NCBI GenBank assembly: GCA_016933315.1
Contig: JAFGBE010000096.1
Span: 1 to 37,105, forward strand
Source: Candidatus Auribacterota bacterium
Lineage (GTDB): Bacteria > Auribacterota > UBA6266
Reading direction: 5' to 3'
DNA length: 37,105 nt
The notes under the pieces are model-generated. The model worked only from the letters and a program-made list of their open reading frames with translations. It was not told the DNA's origin and searched no databases. Position numbers and translations under genes: made by a program. This document shows positions 11,986 through 21,530 of the stretch, piece by piece; positions within the stretch are counted from its first letter, which is position 1; the number at the start of each line of letters is the position of its first letter.

Positions 11986-12390
11986 ATGGAAGCTAAAGCG
12001 ATAACAAGATATGTCAGAGTTTCTGTCAGGAAGGCAAAGCCTTTACTTGATATTATAAGAGGGAAAGAAGCCGAAGAAGCTGTCACGAGCCTTTCTTTTT
12101 CAGCGAAGAAGGCCGCTAAGGAAGTAGAAAAAACGCTTAAATCGGCGATTGCCAATCTTAAGTCAAAAGAAGATAAGACGGCCGGCGGGCAAGTCTATAT
12201 AAAAGAGGCATACGCGACCGAGGGCCCGATATTGAGAAGGTTTATCCCAAGGGCTCACGGCCGGGCTACCAGGATTCGCAAGCGCACCAGCCATATATAT
12301 ATTACGGTTGCTTCTAGAGAAGAGCCAGCCTCTTCTGGAGATGCGGCAAAAAAGAAGGCAAAAAAAATATCGTCGAAACGAAAGAAGTAA
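11986..12390 (+). CDS. rplV: 50S ribosomal protein L22
   Basis: ARYVRVS.RKA..L.D.IRGK ... RF.PRA.GRA..I.KRTSHI.I are L22 hallmarks. Lys-rich C-terminal tail. RBS AAGGGAG. Confidence 0.95.
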   Translation: MEAKAITRYVRVSVRKAKPLLDIIRGKEAEEAVTSLSFSAKKAAKEVEKTLKSAIANLKSKEDKTAGGQVYIKEAYATEGPILRRFIPRAHGRATRIRKRTSHIYITVASREEPASSGDAAKKKAKKISSKRKK

Positions 12391-12405
12391 TTCCGGGAGG
12401 TAAAT

Positions 12406-13074
12406 GTGGGACAAAAAGTAAACCCCGTAGGTTTCAGGGTAATGGTTACAAAAGACTGGCGTTCCAAATGGTACGCCGATAAAAGAAAATTCAAAGAATA
12501 CCTCAAAGAGGATCTTGAAATAAGGAGTTATATTAAAGGGAAATTGTCTTTTGCCGGGATTCCCAGGATTGACATAGAAAGAAGCGGAAATGTTGTTACG
12601 GTTATGTTGCATGCAGCCCGCCCCGGACTTGTCATAGGGAGAAAAGGCGCGGAAATCGATAAGCTCAAGGAACAGCTCACCGCCATCACTAAAAAAGAAG
12701 TCAAGGTAGAGATAAAAGAGGTGAAAAACCCTGAAACCAACTCGCAGCTCGTAGCGGAAAACATAGCCGGGCAGATTGAAAAGAGAATATCGCATAAAAG
12801 GGCCATGAAGAAAGCCGTGAGCCTTGCTATGGACAGCAATGCGGAAGGGATAAAGATACTCTGCTCGGGAAGGCTGGGGGGGAATGAAATCGCGCGTTCC
12901 GAAGGTTATAAGGAAGGGAAAGTGCCGTTGCATACTCTAAGGTCCGACATTGATTACGGATTTGCGGAAGCTAAGACGACATACGGCGCTATCGGCGTTA
13001 AAGTCTGGATATGCAAGGGAGAGAAGGAAATTTCCGTAAAGAACAAGGAGGCAAAAAATGCCGTTAATGCCTAA
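12406..13074 (+). CDS. rpsC: 30S ribosomal protein S3
   Basis: GTG start after [17 protein letters not shown]... KH domain [11 protein letters not shown]... canonical S3. Confidence 0.96.
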   Translation: MGQKVNPVGFRVMVTKDWRSKWYADKRKFKEYLKEDLEIRSYIKGKLSFAGIPRIDIERSGNVVTVMLHAARPGLVIGRKGAEIDKLKEQLTAITKKEVKVEIKEVKNPETNSQLVAENIAGQIEKRISHKRAMKKAVSLAMDSNAEGIKILCSGRLGGNEIARSEGYKEGKVPLHTLRSDIDYGFAEAKTTYGAIGVKVWICKGEKEISVKNKEAKNAVNA

Positions 13075-13474
13075 AAGGGTAAAACACAGGAAAATGCAGA
13101 AAGGCAAGATGAAAGGCCTCTCCAAAGGCGGAAACGAAATAAATTTCGGAGAATACGGGGTTCAGGCGCTTGAAAGGGCATGGATTTCGAATATTCATAT
13201 AGAAGCTTCGAGGGTAGCTCTTACAAGGTTTATCAAAAGAAAAGGGAAAGTGTGGATCCGCATATTTCCCGATAAGCCGATAACCAAGAAACCCGCGGAA
13301 GTAAGAATGGGCAAAGGAAAAGGCGCGGTTGAAGGATGGGTGTGCCGCGTTGGTCCCGGCAAGATCCTTTTTGAAATAGAAGGCGTTCCCGAAGTGTTGG
13401 CGCAGGAAGCGATGAGACTGGCTGCCAGCAAGCTGCCCATAAAGACAAGGTTTGTTTCAAGAAGAGAAATATAA
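13058..13474 (+). CDS. rplP: 50S ribosomal protein L16
   Basis: [13 protein letters not shown]... RMGKGKG..E.WV are L16 hallmarks. RBS AAGGAGG lies inside the end of rpsC. 17-nt overlap with rpsC. Confidence 0.95.
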   Translation: MPLMPKRVKHRKMQKGKMKGLSKGGNEINFGEYGVQALERAWISNIHIEASRVALTRFIKRKGKVWIRIFPDKPITKKPAEVRMGKGKGAVEGWVCRVGPGKILFEIEGVPEVLAQEAMRLAASKLPIKTRFVSRREI

Positions 13475-13494
13475 TAATTTTAACGGGGTAAATA

Positions 13495-13698
13495 ATGAAA
13501 GCGAAGGAAATAAGAGAGTTGACCGAAGAAGAGATTGAAAAGAAACTGTCCGAATCAAAGCAGGAGCTTTTTAATCTGGGAGTTCAGGCGAAACTCGGCC
13601 AGATTGAGAAACCGGACAGGATAAAATATCTGAAAAAAGACATAGCACGTATGCTTACCATAAAAAAAGAGATTACCGGAAAGAGTAAGGGGAATTAA
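13495..13698 (+). CDS. rpmC: 50S ribosomal protein L29
   Basis: 67 aa. MKAKEIRELTEEEIEKKL.E.K.ELFNL..Q is typical L29. Synteny. Confidence 0.93.
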   Translation: MKAKEIRELTEEEIEKKLSESKQELFNLGVQAKLGQIEKPDRIKYLKKDIARMLTIKKEITGKSKGN

Positions 13699-13701
13699 TT
13701 A

Positions 13702-13980
13702 ATGAAAAAAAGCGTAGAAAGGCCACGTCGGAAAACGCGAATTGGCGAGGTAATCAGCGATAAAATGGCAAAGACCGTCGTTGTAAAAGTCATGAGGACA
13801 CTTCGCCATCCTGAGTATGAGAAGGTTATCAGGAAGCACAAGAAATATTATGCCCATGATGAAAAACAGTCGGCGAAAGTCGGTGATACCGTAAGAATAG
13901 TTGAAACTGCGCCTGTCAGCAAATTGAAAAGATGGCGTGTTTCCGAAGTTTTGAAGAAAGCAGTTATTGAAGGGCAGTAG
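13702..13980 (+). CDS. rpsQ: 30S ribosomal protein S17
   Basis: G.V.SDKM.KT.VV.V.R...HP.Y.K......K..AHDE....VGD.V.I.E..P.SK.K.W is the S17 pattern. Starts 3 nt after the rpmC stop. Confidence 0.94.
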   Translation: MKKSVERPRRKTRIGEVISDKMAKTVVVKVMRTLRHPEYEKVIRKHKKYYAHDEKQSAKVGDTVRIVETAPVSKLKRWRVSEVLKKAVIEGQ

Positions 13981-14043
13981 TCCGGCCCGGTGCATATATA
14001 AGTATTAATGATTGGTTCGACAATAAATTTGCGGAGTAAAACT

Positions 14044-14412
14044 ATGATTCAGATGAATTCGATATTAGATGTTGCGGATAACACCGGAGCGAAAAGGATC
14101 GGTTGCATTAAGGTTCTGGGCGGATCCAAGCGCAGATATGCGAACATAGGGGATGTTATAGTAGCTTCCGTCAAGGAAGCTATTCCCGGCGCGGCTGTTA
14201 AAAAGGGAGAAATCATAAAAGCTGTTATCGTAAGGACGAGGAAGGGCGTTAAGCGCAATGACGGTTCGGTCCTCAGGTTTGATTCGAACGCTGCGGTGAT
14301 TATTGATGACCAGAAAAATCCGAGAGGGACGAGGATTTTCGGCCCCATCGCAAGGGAATTAAGAGAGAGAAATTATATGAAAATCGTTTCATTAGCACCT
14401 GAGGTGCTATAG
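14044..14412 (+). CDS. rplN: 50S ribosomal protein L14
   Basis: From the ATG at 14044 the product starts [18 protein letters not shown]..., the canonical L14 N-terminus, and is 122 aa. The track ORF start at 14008 adds 12 non-homologous residues. Confidence 0.95.
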   Translation: MIQMNSILDVADNTGAKRIGCIKVLGGSKRRYANIGDVIVASVKEAIPGAAVKKGEIIKAVIVRTRKGVKRNDGSVLRFDSNAAVIIDDQKNPRGTRIFGPIARELRERNYMKIVSLAPEVL

Positions 14413-14435
14413 AAAGGGATATCGGGAGCAATCAA

Positions 14436-14762
14436 ATGGCTGGATTACATGTTAAAAAAAATGATGTTGTGCAGATTATGTCCGGTGCAAACAGCGGCAA
14501 AACCGGGAAAGTGTTGAGGATTATAAGCGAAAGCGGGCGGGTAATCGTCGAAGGGTTGAATTTCAGGAAGAAGCACACTAAGCCGTCGAGAGATAACCAG
14601 CAGGGCGGCATAGTGCAGAAAGAAGGATCGATAAGCGGTTCCAATGTGCTGCTGTATTGCCCATCCTGCAAGAAGGGCGTAAAAACCAGAAATGAACTGA
14701 GAAAAGACGGCACAAAAACACGGGTCTGCAAAAAATGCGGAGAGGTTTTCGATAAAGCATAA
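14436..14762 (+). CDS. rplX: 50S ribosomal protein L24 (four-Cys, zinc-ribbon type)
   Basis: HVKKND.V.I.SG...GK.GKV KOW motif. C-terminal CPSC-x19-CKKC, as I recall it in Thermus-type L24. Synteny rplN-rplX-rplE. Confidence 0.94.
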   Translation: MAGLHVKKNDVVQIMSGANSGKTGKVLRIISESGRVIVEGLNFRKKHTKPSRDNQQGGIVQKEGSISGSNVLLYCPSCKKGVKTRNELRKDGTKTRVCKKCGEVFDKA

Positions 14763-14773
14763 CGGAGATAAGT

Positions 14774-15319
14774 ATGGCAAGGTTAAAAGAAAAGTATAAG
14801 AAAGAAATAACACCTTATTTAAAAAGCAAGTTCGGATATAAAAATGTCCTTCAGGTCCCGAAAATCGAGAAGATTGTCATAAACATGGGGATCGGGGAAG
14901 GGACAAAGGATAAGAAAGTCGTCCAGGATGCCGCCGCCGAGCTGGCGGTTATTGCCGGGCAGAAGCCGCAGCTTACAAAATCCAAGAAGAGCATAGCCGG
15001 CTTTAAGCTCAGGAAAGACATACCCATAGGATGCAAAGTTACACTAAGGGGAAACATGATGTATGAATTCATGGACAGGCTTATAAATGTGGCTTTGCCG
15101 AGAGTAAGGGACTTCAGGGGGGTGCCTCTGGAATCATTTGACGGCAAGGGCAATTATACGTTTGGGCTCAAAGAGCAGTTGATATTTCCCGAAGTCAACC
15201 CCGATAAGGTTACAAGGGTGCAGGGAATGGATATAACTTTCGTAACTACAGCAAAAAAAGATGAAGAGGCTAAAGAATTGCTTTTAGCGTTTGGCATGCC
15301 CTTCAGCAAAGGCAAGTAA
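14774..15319 (+). CDS. rplE: 50S ribosomal protein L5
   Basis: [12 protein letters not shown]...[19 protein letters not shown] are L5 hallmarks; 181 aa. Confidence 0.96.
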   Translation: MARLKEKYKKEITPYLKSKFGYKNVLQVPKIEKIVINMGIGEGTKDKKVVQDAAAELAVIAGQKPQLTKSKKSIAGFKLRKDIPIGCKVTLRGNMMYEFMDRLINVALPRVRDFRGVPLESFDGKGNYTFGLKEQLIFPEVNPDKVTRVQGMDITFVTTAKKDEEAKELLLAFGMPFSKGK

Positions 15320-15335
15320 CCGAAGGAGAATCTCT

Positions 15336-15521
15336 GTGGCAAAGAAGTGTAAAATCGAAAGTGCAAAAAGAAAACCGAAATTCAAGGTCAGGCAACATTT
15401 TCGCTGCAGCCGCTGCGGTAGGCCGCGCGGTTACATGCGCAAATTTGGGATATGCAGAATCTGTTTCAGAGAACTTGCTGGGCAGGGTATTATACCCGGT
15501 GTTACAAAATCCAGCTGGTAA
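15336..15521 (+). CDS. rpsN: 30S ribosomal protein S14, short zinc-binding type Z
   Basis: GTG at 15336, 7 nt after RBS GAAGGAG (15322-15328), gives a 61-aa product [11 protein letters not shown]...[21 protein letters not shown]......PGV.K.SW with CxxC-x12-CxxC. The track ORF start at 15291 overlaps rplE and adds non-homologous residues. Confidence 0.93.
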   Translation: MAKKCKIESAKRKPKFKVRQHFRCSRCGRPRGYMRKFGICRICFRELAGQGIIPGVTKSSW

Positions 15522-15560
15522 CGCGTTAATATTTTTTGAGCAAGAATAAGGAGAGAATGT

Positions 15561-15959
15561 ATGTCTTTTAGCGATCCTATTGCCGATATGCTGACCCGCA
15601 TCAGAAATGCGAGTAAAGCACGGAAAGAAAGTGTAGATATGCCTGCTTCGAAACTTAAAGCAGAAGTAGCAAGGATAATGAAAGAACAGGGGTTTGTAAA
15701 AACATTTAAGGTCCTTGACGATAAAAAACAGGGAGTCATCCGTGTTTTCCTTAAATATACATCCGATAACAAACCGGTTATTGTGGGGCTTAAGCGGATA
15801 AGCAAGCCGGGCCTGAGAAAGTACAGCAGTATAGCGAAAATCCCGAAAGTTTACCAGGGTATCGGGATTGCGGTGCTCTCGACTTCGAAAGGAGTTATGA
15901 CGGACGAAGAAGCGAGGAAAGCGAACATCGGGGGAGAAGTCCTCTGTTATATTTGGTAA
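15561..15959 (+). CDS. rpsH: 30S ribosomal protein S8
   Basis: DPIADMLTRIRNA is the canonical S8 N-terminus; 132 aa; RBS AAGGAGAG. Confidence 0.96.
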   Translation: MSFSDPIADMLTRIRNASKARKESVDMPASKLKAEVARIMKEQGFVKTFKVLDDKKQGVIRVFLKYTSDNKPVIVGLKRISKPGLRKYSSIAKIPKVYQGIGIAVLSTSKGVMTDEEARKANIGGEVLCYIW

Positions 15960-15994
15960 AGGCTTAATACTGGTTAATAAAGAAGGAGAAACAG

Positions 15995-16528
15995 ATGTCG
16001 AGGGTAGGCAAAAAGCCGATAGAGATTCCAGGCGGCGTAAACGTTGAAGTCAAAGGGATGCAGATAATAGTTAAGGGGGCTAAATCTTCCTTGACGCATA
16101 ATATGCCCGAAGGGGTTGAAGTAAAAATCGAAGACAAAAAAGTGCTGGTTACCAGGAAATCGGATTCAAGGCAAGGCAAGGCTCTGCATGGACTTACCCG
16201 GGCTGTCATAGCGAATATGATTAAGGGTATGGTGCAGGGTTATAAAAAGGTTCTTGAAATAAGCGGGGTCGGCTACAGGGCAGCCCTGCAGGGCAGGAGT
16301 TTAAACCTCCAGCTGGGTTTTTCTCATCCGATCAATTATAAGACTCCGGACGGGGTGGAAGTAAAGGTAGAGAAAAATCTTATCACCGTTTCCGGTCCGG
16401 ATAAACATATGGTCGGCCAGGTTGCGGCGACTATAAGAGATTTTTCACCTGCGGAGCCTTATCAGGGTAAGGGCATCAAGTACCAGGATGAACACGTGAG
16501 AAGGAAAGCCGGCAAAACGGTGAAATAA
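15995..16528 (+). CDS. rplF: 50S ribosomal protein L6
   Basis: MSRVGKKPIEIP.GV.V......I.VKG.K are L6 hallmarks; 177 aa. Confidence 0.96.
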   Translation: MSRVGKKPIEIPGGVNVEVKGMQIIVKGAKSSLTHNMPEGVEVKIEDKKVLVTRKSDSRQGKALHGLTRAVIANMIKGMVQGYKKVLEISGVGYRAALQGRSLNLQLGFSHPINYKTPDGVEVKVEKNLITVSGPDKHMVGQVAATIRDFSPAEPYQGKGIKYQDEHVRRKAGKTVK

Positions 16529-16557
16529 TATTTATCAGTATAAAAAGGGAATAAAGA

Positions 16558-16908
16558 ATGAAAGAAAAAACGGCTCAAAAAGAAAGAAGACATAAAAGGA
16601 TAAGAAAGAAAGTAATCGGTGTCCCGGACTGCCCGAGGCTTTGCGTGTTCAGGAGCTCTAAGAATATGTCTGCCCAGCTTATAGATGATATGGCAGGCGT
16701 GTCGCTTGTTGGTGTGACCACGGCGTCCAAAAGTTTCGGAGGCAAGGGCGGCAGCATAGAGGCTGCAAAAAAACTGGGGAAATTGCTGGCCGGCGCGGCG
16801 AAAGAGAAGAAAATCGAAAAGGTTGTTTTCGACAGAGCAGGATACAAATATCATGGCCGCGTAAAGGCTTTTACTGAGGGTGCCCGCGAAGGCGGACTGA
16901 AGTTCTAA
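16558..16908 (+). CDS. rplR: 50S ribosomal protein L18
   Basis: R.KRIRKK..G....PRL.VFRS.K...AQ.IDD ... FDR.GY.YHGR.KA...GAREGGL.F is canonical L18. Confidence 0.95.
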   Translation: MKEKTAQKERRHKRIRKKVIGVPDCPRLCVFRSSKNMSAQLIDDMAGVSLVGVTTASKSFGGKGGSIEAAKKLGKLLAGAAKEKKIEKVVFDRAGYKYHGRVKAFTEGAREGGLKF

Positions 16909-16921
16909 TCGGAGGAAACAG

Positions 16922-17431
16922 ATGGCTGGAAATAATAGAGCATTTGCTGGAAAAAAAATGGGGGAGCAGAATGAAAGCTCCTTTCACGAAAAGGTCGTTT
17001 ATATAAACAGGACGGCAAAAGTTGTAAAAGGCGGGCGCCGGTTCGGTTTCAGCGCGCTGGTTGTAGTGGGTGACGGGAAGGGCCAGGTGGGCTGCGGATT
17101 GGGGAAAGCCAATGAAGTTGCGGAAGCCATAAGAAAAGGGATTGAAAAAGCCAAGAAAAGCATGAACCCCGTTTCTTTTTATAAGAATACCATACCCCAC
17201 GAGGTTATAGGCGTATTCAAAGGCGGTAAAGTGCTGTTGAAACCCGCAGCTCCCGGAACCGGAGTTATTGCGGGTAATGCCGTGAGAGCCGTTGTCGAAT
17301 CGGCGGGTATCAAGGATGTATTAACTAAATCATTAGGTTCAAGCAATGCGATCAACGTTGTAAAAGCGACCCTTAAAGCGCTTTCTGCCTTGAGGGATAT
17401 GAATGAAGTGAAAAGACAAAGAGGAGTTTAG
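16922..17431 (+). CDS. rpsE: 30S ribosomal protein S5
   Basis: [34 protein letters not shown] are S5 hallmarks; 169 aa. Confidence 0.96.
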   Translation: MAGNNRAFAGKKMGEQNESSFHEKVVYINRTAKVVKGGRRFGFSALVVVGDGKGQVGCGLGKANEVAEAIRKGIEKAKKSMNPVSFYKNTIPHEVIGVFKGGKVLLKPAAPGTGVIAGNAVRAVVESAGIKDVLTKSLGSSNAINVVKATLKALSALRDMNEVKRQRGV

Positions 17432-17433
17432 CG

Positions 17434-17883
17434 ATGGGGCTTCAAAATCTTAAAAATAATCCCGGCGCCAGGAAAAAACCGGCAAGAAGGGGAAGAGGCA
17501 GCGGTTCCGGAACGGGCGGGACGGCGGGCAGGGGCCATAAAGGACAGAGGGCAAGGACAAGCGGGAATGTGCGTCCGGGCTTTGAAGGCGGACAGATGCC
17601 GCTTACAAGAAGACTTCCCAAAAGAGGATTTAATAATAAAGATTTCAAAGTGTTTTTCGAAGTGGTTAACCTCAGGAGGCTGGATATATTTAAGGAAGGG
17701 GATTCTGTTTCTCCGGCGGATATGCTGGAAAAGGGCCTGGTTAAGAAAGCCAGCTCAAGAGTTAAGATCCTCGGCGACGGCGAAATAAAAAAATCGCTTA
17801 ACATAAAAGCTCACGCTTTCAGCGGTTCAGCCCGGAAAAAGATAGAAGAGTCAAAAGGCAAAATCGAAATAATTAAAAAATAA
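17434..17883 (+). CDS. rplO: 50S ribosomal protein L15
   Basis: L..L...PGA.K...R.GRG.GSG.G.T.GRGHKGQ.AR is the L15 N-terminus. Starts 3 nt after rpsE, with no rpmD between them. Confidence 0.95.
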   Translation: MGLQNLKNNPGARKKPARRGRGSGSGTGGTAGRGHKGQRARTSGNVRPGFEGGQMPLTRRLPKRGFNNKDFKVFFEVVNLRRLDIFKEGDSVSPADMLEKGLVKKASSRVKILGDGEIKKSLNIKAHAFSGSARKKIEESKGKIEIIKK

Positions 17884-17910
17884 TCAGAATATATATGTCA
17901 GAGGTAGCCG

Positions 17911-19230
17911 ATGTTAGATGCGTTTAAAAATATTTTTAAGATACCTGAGCTGAGAAAAAGGATATTGTTTACGCTTGGTCTCCTTGCGGTGTGCAGGATA
18001 GGTACTTATGTGCCTGTCCCCGGGATAAACGGGAAACTGCTTGCTGATTGGTTTGCGAAACAGCAGGGTACGATTTTCGGGCTTATGGATCTGTTCAGCG
18101 GAGGTTCTCTTTCAAAGTGTACCGTCTTTGCTCTGGGAATAATGCCTTATATCAGCGCCTCGATTATCCTGCAGCTCCTTATTGCAGCGGTGCCCTATCT
18201 TGAGAAACTTGCGAAAGAGGGCGAGCTAGGCAGGAAGAAGCTTACCCAGTATACAAGGTACGGGACGGTTGTGCTCGGGATGTTCCAGGGATTTATGATA
18301 AGCGGCATGCTTATAGCGTTGAATAACCAGCAGATGCCCGGTATCGTGCCGGATGCGGGGCTCGCTTTCCGGCTTATAACAATGCTAACGCTGACCGCAG
18401 GAACAGCTTTTCTCATGTGGATAGGAGAACAGATAACGGAGCGCGGCATAGGAAACGGTATATCTCTTATAATTACCATAGGTATCCTTTCAAGGCTGCC
18501 TTCAGCGCTTTTCCTGGCTAAAGACCAGCTTATCAGCGGGCAGTTATCCGTTATTTCGATGGTTGTCCTTATAGTCCTGATGGTCGGGGTTGTCGCCGGA
18601 GTTGTCGCCGTTTCCCAGGGACAGAGAAAAATACCGGTGCAGTATGCGAAAAGGATTGTAGGAAGGAAAGTGTACGGAGGACAGGCAAGCTTTCTCCCTT
18701 TAAGGGTAGGCCAGGCAGGCGTTATCCCGATAATATTCGCTTCGAGTATTTTGATGTTTCCCCAGACTTTAGGGCAGATGACAAACATTAAATTTTTTAC
18801 GTGGGTAAGCAACTGGCTTTCATACGGCGGCAGTTTCTATACGTTTTTATACGCGCTGCTTATCATTGCGTTTAGCTTTTTCTGGACGGCGATGCAGTTT
18901 AATCCTATCCAGATATCGGATGACCTTAAGAAATACGGGGGCTTTGTCCCCGGCATAAGACCAGGGAAACCGACTTCCGAGTATCTGGAAAATGTAATGG
19001 TCAAAGTTACTTTTGTGGGAGCTTTGGCGATAACCCTGATTGCCATAATGCCCCAGATAATAGGCAAGATATTCAATGTGGATTTCAGGATATCGCAGTT
19101 TTTCGGCGGGACAGGCCTTTTGATTATCGTGGGCGTGATGCTGGATACAATGAGGCAAGTGGAATCGCACCTGATTATGAGGCATTACGAGGGTTTTGTT
19201 AAAAAAGGCAGATTGAAAGGCAGAATTTAA
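17911..19230 (+). CDS. secY: Preprotein translocase subunit SecY
   Basis: 439 aa, ten hydrophobic segments. PEL.KRILFTL..L...R.G..VP.PGI and LG..PYISASII.QLL motifs. Synteny after rplO. Confidence 0.96.
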   Translation: MLDAFKNIFKIPELRKRILFTLGLLAVCRIGTYVPVPGINGKLLADWFAKQQGTIFGLMDLFSGGSLSKCTVFALGIMPYISASIILQLLIAAVPYLEKLAKEGELGRKKLTQYTRYGTVVLGMFQGFMISGMLIALNNQQMPGIVPDAGLAFRLITMLTLTAGTAFLMWIGEQITERGIGNGISLIITIGILSRLPSALFLAKDQLISGQLSVISMVVLIVLMVGVVAGVVAVSQGQRKIPVQYAKRIVGRKVYGGQASFLPLRVGQAGVIPIIFASSILMFPQTLGQMTNIKFFTWVSNWLSYGGSFYTFLYALLIIAFSFFWTAMQFNPIQISDDLKKYGGFVPGIRPGKPTSEYLENVMVKVTFVGALAITLIAIMPQIIGKIFNVDFRISQFFGGTGLLIIVGVMLDTMRQVESHLIMRHYEGFVKKGRLKGRI

Positions 19231-19232
19231 CA

Positions 19233-19880
19233 GTGAATATAGTTCTATTAGGAGCGCCCGGCGCGGGAAAAGGGACTCACTCGGAAATGCTTGTCAGGGA
19301 TTTCGGGCTTAAGCATATTTCCACGGGCGATTTGCTGAGAGCAGAATTAAAGAAAGCTTCTCCCGTGGGACTTGAAGCCAAAAGTTATATGGATAAGGGA
19401 AGCCTGGTGCCTGATGCGGTTGTAATGAAGCTTCTGGTCGGAGCTATAGCCGGGATTAAACACGGGAATGGTTTCCTTCTTGACGGTTTTCCCAGAAATG
19501 AATCACAGGCCGGGATGCTGGAAGAAGAGCTTGCTTCCAGAAATATGAACATTGACAGAGTCCTTTACCTGAATGTTTCGAAAGATGTGGTCATCAAAAG
19601 GCTTACGGGCAGGAGAATCTGCAAAAGCTGCGGGGCTGTGTATCATGTGTTTAATATGCCGCCCAAAAGAGAAGGTGTCTGCGATAAATGCGGAGGAGAC
19701 CTGTACCAGAGACCCGACGATACGGAAGAGACAGTCCTGCGCAGGCTTGAAGTTTACAGGAAAGAGACAGAAGGGCTTATAAATTATTATAAAACCAGGA
19801 AGATTCTGGCGGAAGTTAATGCAGACTTGTCGCGGGATAACACATACGGGCTGATTCTGCAGAAATTAGGAAAAAAATAA
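19233..19880 (+). CDS. adk: Adenylate kinase (zinc-lid type)
   Basis: GTG start. P-loop LLGAPGAGKGT. LID with CKSCG...CDKCGG four-Cys motif; 215 aa. Confidence 0.95.
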   Translation: MNIVLLGAPGAGKGTHSEMLVRDFGLKHISTGDLLRAELKKASPVGLEAKSYMDKGSLVPDAVVMKLLVGAIAGIKHGNGFLLDGFPRNESQAGMLEEELASRNMNIDRVLYLNVSKDVVIKRLTGRRICKSCGAVYHVFNMPPKREGVCDKCGGDLYQRPDDTEETVLRRLEVYRKETEGLINYYKTRKILAEVNADLSRDNTYGLILQKLGKK

Positions 19881-19892
19881 CACGAGTTTTTA

Positions 19893-20639
19893 ATGATAGT
19901 TATAAAAACCCCTGAACAAGTTGAAAAGATAAAACACGGGGGGAAAATATTAGCTGAGCTCTTTGAAATTTTTAAACATAAGATAAAACCGGGAGTAACA
20001 ACAGGCGAACTTGATACGATAGCGGAAGAGTTCCTTTTGAATCGCGGCGTTAAGCCGGCTTTTAAAGGCTATAAGGGATTTCCGGCGACATTGTGCGTTT
20101 CCATAAATGAGGAGGTCGTGCACGGGATACCCTCTTCGGATAAAATCCTTCGTGAAGGAGATATTGTCAGTATTGATGTCGGGGCTATCCATGAAGGTTT
20201 TTACTCCGACGCCGCCCGCACTTACCCGGTTGGGCGCATAAGAGGGGAGTTAGAAAATCTTATCAGGGTTACAAAAGAATCTCTGGATGTTGCGATAAGC
20301 AGAGCGGTTGTGCAGAACAAGCTTTTTGATATTTCCAGCTCCGTTGAACAGTATGTTAAGAAATACGGCTATACGGTGGTGAGGGATTTTGTAGGTCACG
20401 GTATAGGGCAGAAAATGCACGAGGACCCGCAAATCCCGAATTTTGGGATACCGCATACAGGCCCCGGGCTCGAAAAAGGGATGGTATTTGCTATTGAGCC
20501 GATGGTCAACATGGGTTCTTTCGAAGTTGAGGTGCTTGGAGATAACTGGACGGTAGTGACGATTGACAGAAAGCCATCCGCCCATTTTGAGGATACAATC
20601 GTTATTACGGAAGGGAAACCCGAAATTCTTACAAGGTGA
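19893..20639 (+). CDS. map: Type I methionine aminopeptidase
   Basis: 248 aa. VHGIP, D..SIDVG, FVGHGIG, E and EP.V metal-ligand pattern of MetAP-I. Synteny adk-map-infA. Confidence 0.95.
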   Translation: MIVIKTPEQVEKIKHGGKILAELFEIFKHKIKPGVTTGELDTIAEEFLLNRGVKPAFKGYKGFPATLCVSINEEVVHGIPSSDKILREGDIVSIDVGAIHEGFYSDAARTYPVGRIRGELENLIRVTKESLDVAISRAVVQNKLFDISSSVEQYVKKYGYTVVRDFVGHGIGQKMHEDPQIPNFGIPHTGPGLEKGMVFAIEPMVNMGSFEVEVLGDNWTVVTIDRKPSAHFEDTIVITEGKPEILTR

Positions 20640-20651
20640 GAAGGTGCTGTT

Positions 20652-20870
20652 GTGACAAAAGAAGAATCAATTAAAGTTGACGGTGTTGTGTCGGAAGTTT
20701 TGCCCAATACGATGTTCCGGGTGAAACTTGCAAACGGGCATACGATACTTGCCCATATTTCCGGGAAAATGAGGATGAATTTCATAAGGATACTTCCCGG
20801 AGACAGGGTTCAGGTTGAGATGTCTCCATACGACCTTACTAAGGGAAGGATTACCTTCCGGCAGAAGTAA
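20652..20870 (+). CDS. infA: Translation initiation factor IF-1
   Basis: GTG start. 72 aa S1-fold: V.G.V.E.LPN.MFRV.L.NGH...AHISGKMR...IRILPGD.V.VE.SPYDL.KGRI.FR. Confidence 0.96.
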   Translation: MTKEESIKVDGVVSEVLPNTMFRVKLANGHTILAHISGKMRMNFIRILPGDRVQVEMSPYDLTKGRITFRQK

Positions 20871-20934
20871 GACGACCGGGCTGTCTGGAAAATAACATTT
20901 TAATTTACAGGTAAAAAGACAGAGGATTGCGAAT

Positions 20935-21048
20935 ATGAAAGTTAGATCGGCAGTTAAAAGACGTTGTGAAAAATGTAAAATTGTGCGCCGCAAAGGCGTT
21001 GTTCATGTAATATGCACAAACCCGAAACACAGGCAAAGACAGGGATAG
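20935..21048 (+). CDS. rpmJ: 50S ribosomal protein L36 (zinc-binding form)
   Basis: Not in the ORF track (37 aa). My translation is [37 protein letters not shown] with a CxxC-x12-C-x4-H motif. RBS AGAGGA is 8 nt upstream. Expected position between infA and rpsM. Confidence 0.93.
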   Translation: MKVRSAVKRRCEKCKIVRRKGVVHVICTNPKHRQRQG

Positions 21049-21092
21049 TATGTGTCCTGTCTCATATAATTGGTTTTTAAGTGCTGAGACAG
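21037..21092 (+). promoter_or_regulatory. Candidate RNA switch or translational operator in the rpmJ-rpsM junction (mutually exclusive hairpins)
   Basis: CCTGTCT(CA) at 21056-21064 can pair either with AGACAGG at 21037-21043 (which overlaps the rpmJ stop) or with TGAGACAG at 21085-21092. It lies about 30 nt upstream of the rpsM RBS AAGGAGG. Confidence 0.3.
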
Positions 21093-21121
21093 AGCTTAAA
21101 AATTTTTAAAAGGAGGAAGAT

Positions 21122-21505
21122 GTGCCAAGAATTGCAGGAGTTGATATTCCTAAAGAAAAAAGGACGGTAATCGCCCTTACTTATATCTACGGTATAGGTA
21201 AAGCCACGGCATCAAAGATACTGAGGGATGCCAGAATAGATGAAAGCAAAAGAGCAAAAGACCTTTCTGACGAGGAAATAAGCCGGATAGCGGGTATTAT
21301 CCAGGCAAGCGTCAGAGTTGAAGGTGATTTGCGCAGAGAAGTCGCGGGAAACATAAAAAGACTTATGGCCGTAGGGGCATATAGGGGCTTGCGCCACAGG
21401 AAAGGGCTTCCTGTGAGAGGGCAGAGAACACGAACAAATGCCAGGACCAGAAAAGGCCCGAGAAAAACAATTGCAGGCAAGAAGAAAACCGCAGCCCTTA
21501 AATAA
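21122..21505 (+). CDS. rpsM: 30S ribosomal protein S13
   Basis: GTG start after [28 protein letters not shown]...A..I is canonical S13. Confidence 0.96.
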   Translation: MPRIAGVDIPKEKRTVIALTYIYGIGKATASKILRDARIDESKRAKDLSDEEISRIAGIIQASVRVEGDLRREVAGNIKRLMAVGAYRGLRHRKGLPVRGQRTRTNARTRKGPRKTIAGKKKTAALK

Positions 21506-21530
21506 TTTGAAACCCTAAGGAGAAACAATT

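Noticed and set aside
14008-14043. Extended N-termini in the ORF track for rplN (14008), rpsN (15291), the ABC binding protein (31700), xth (35054) and the CPBP protease (30264).
   Set aside because: In each case an internal start reproduces the canonical family N-terminus or a signal peptide, has an RBS (except CPBP) and removes the overlap with the neighbouring gene.
21065-21070. Perfect TATAAT hexamer upstream of rpsM, considered as an internal alpha-operon promoter.
   Set aside because: There is no acceptable -35 element or TG extension at the right spacing. I report it only as part of the hairpin finding.
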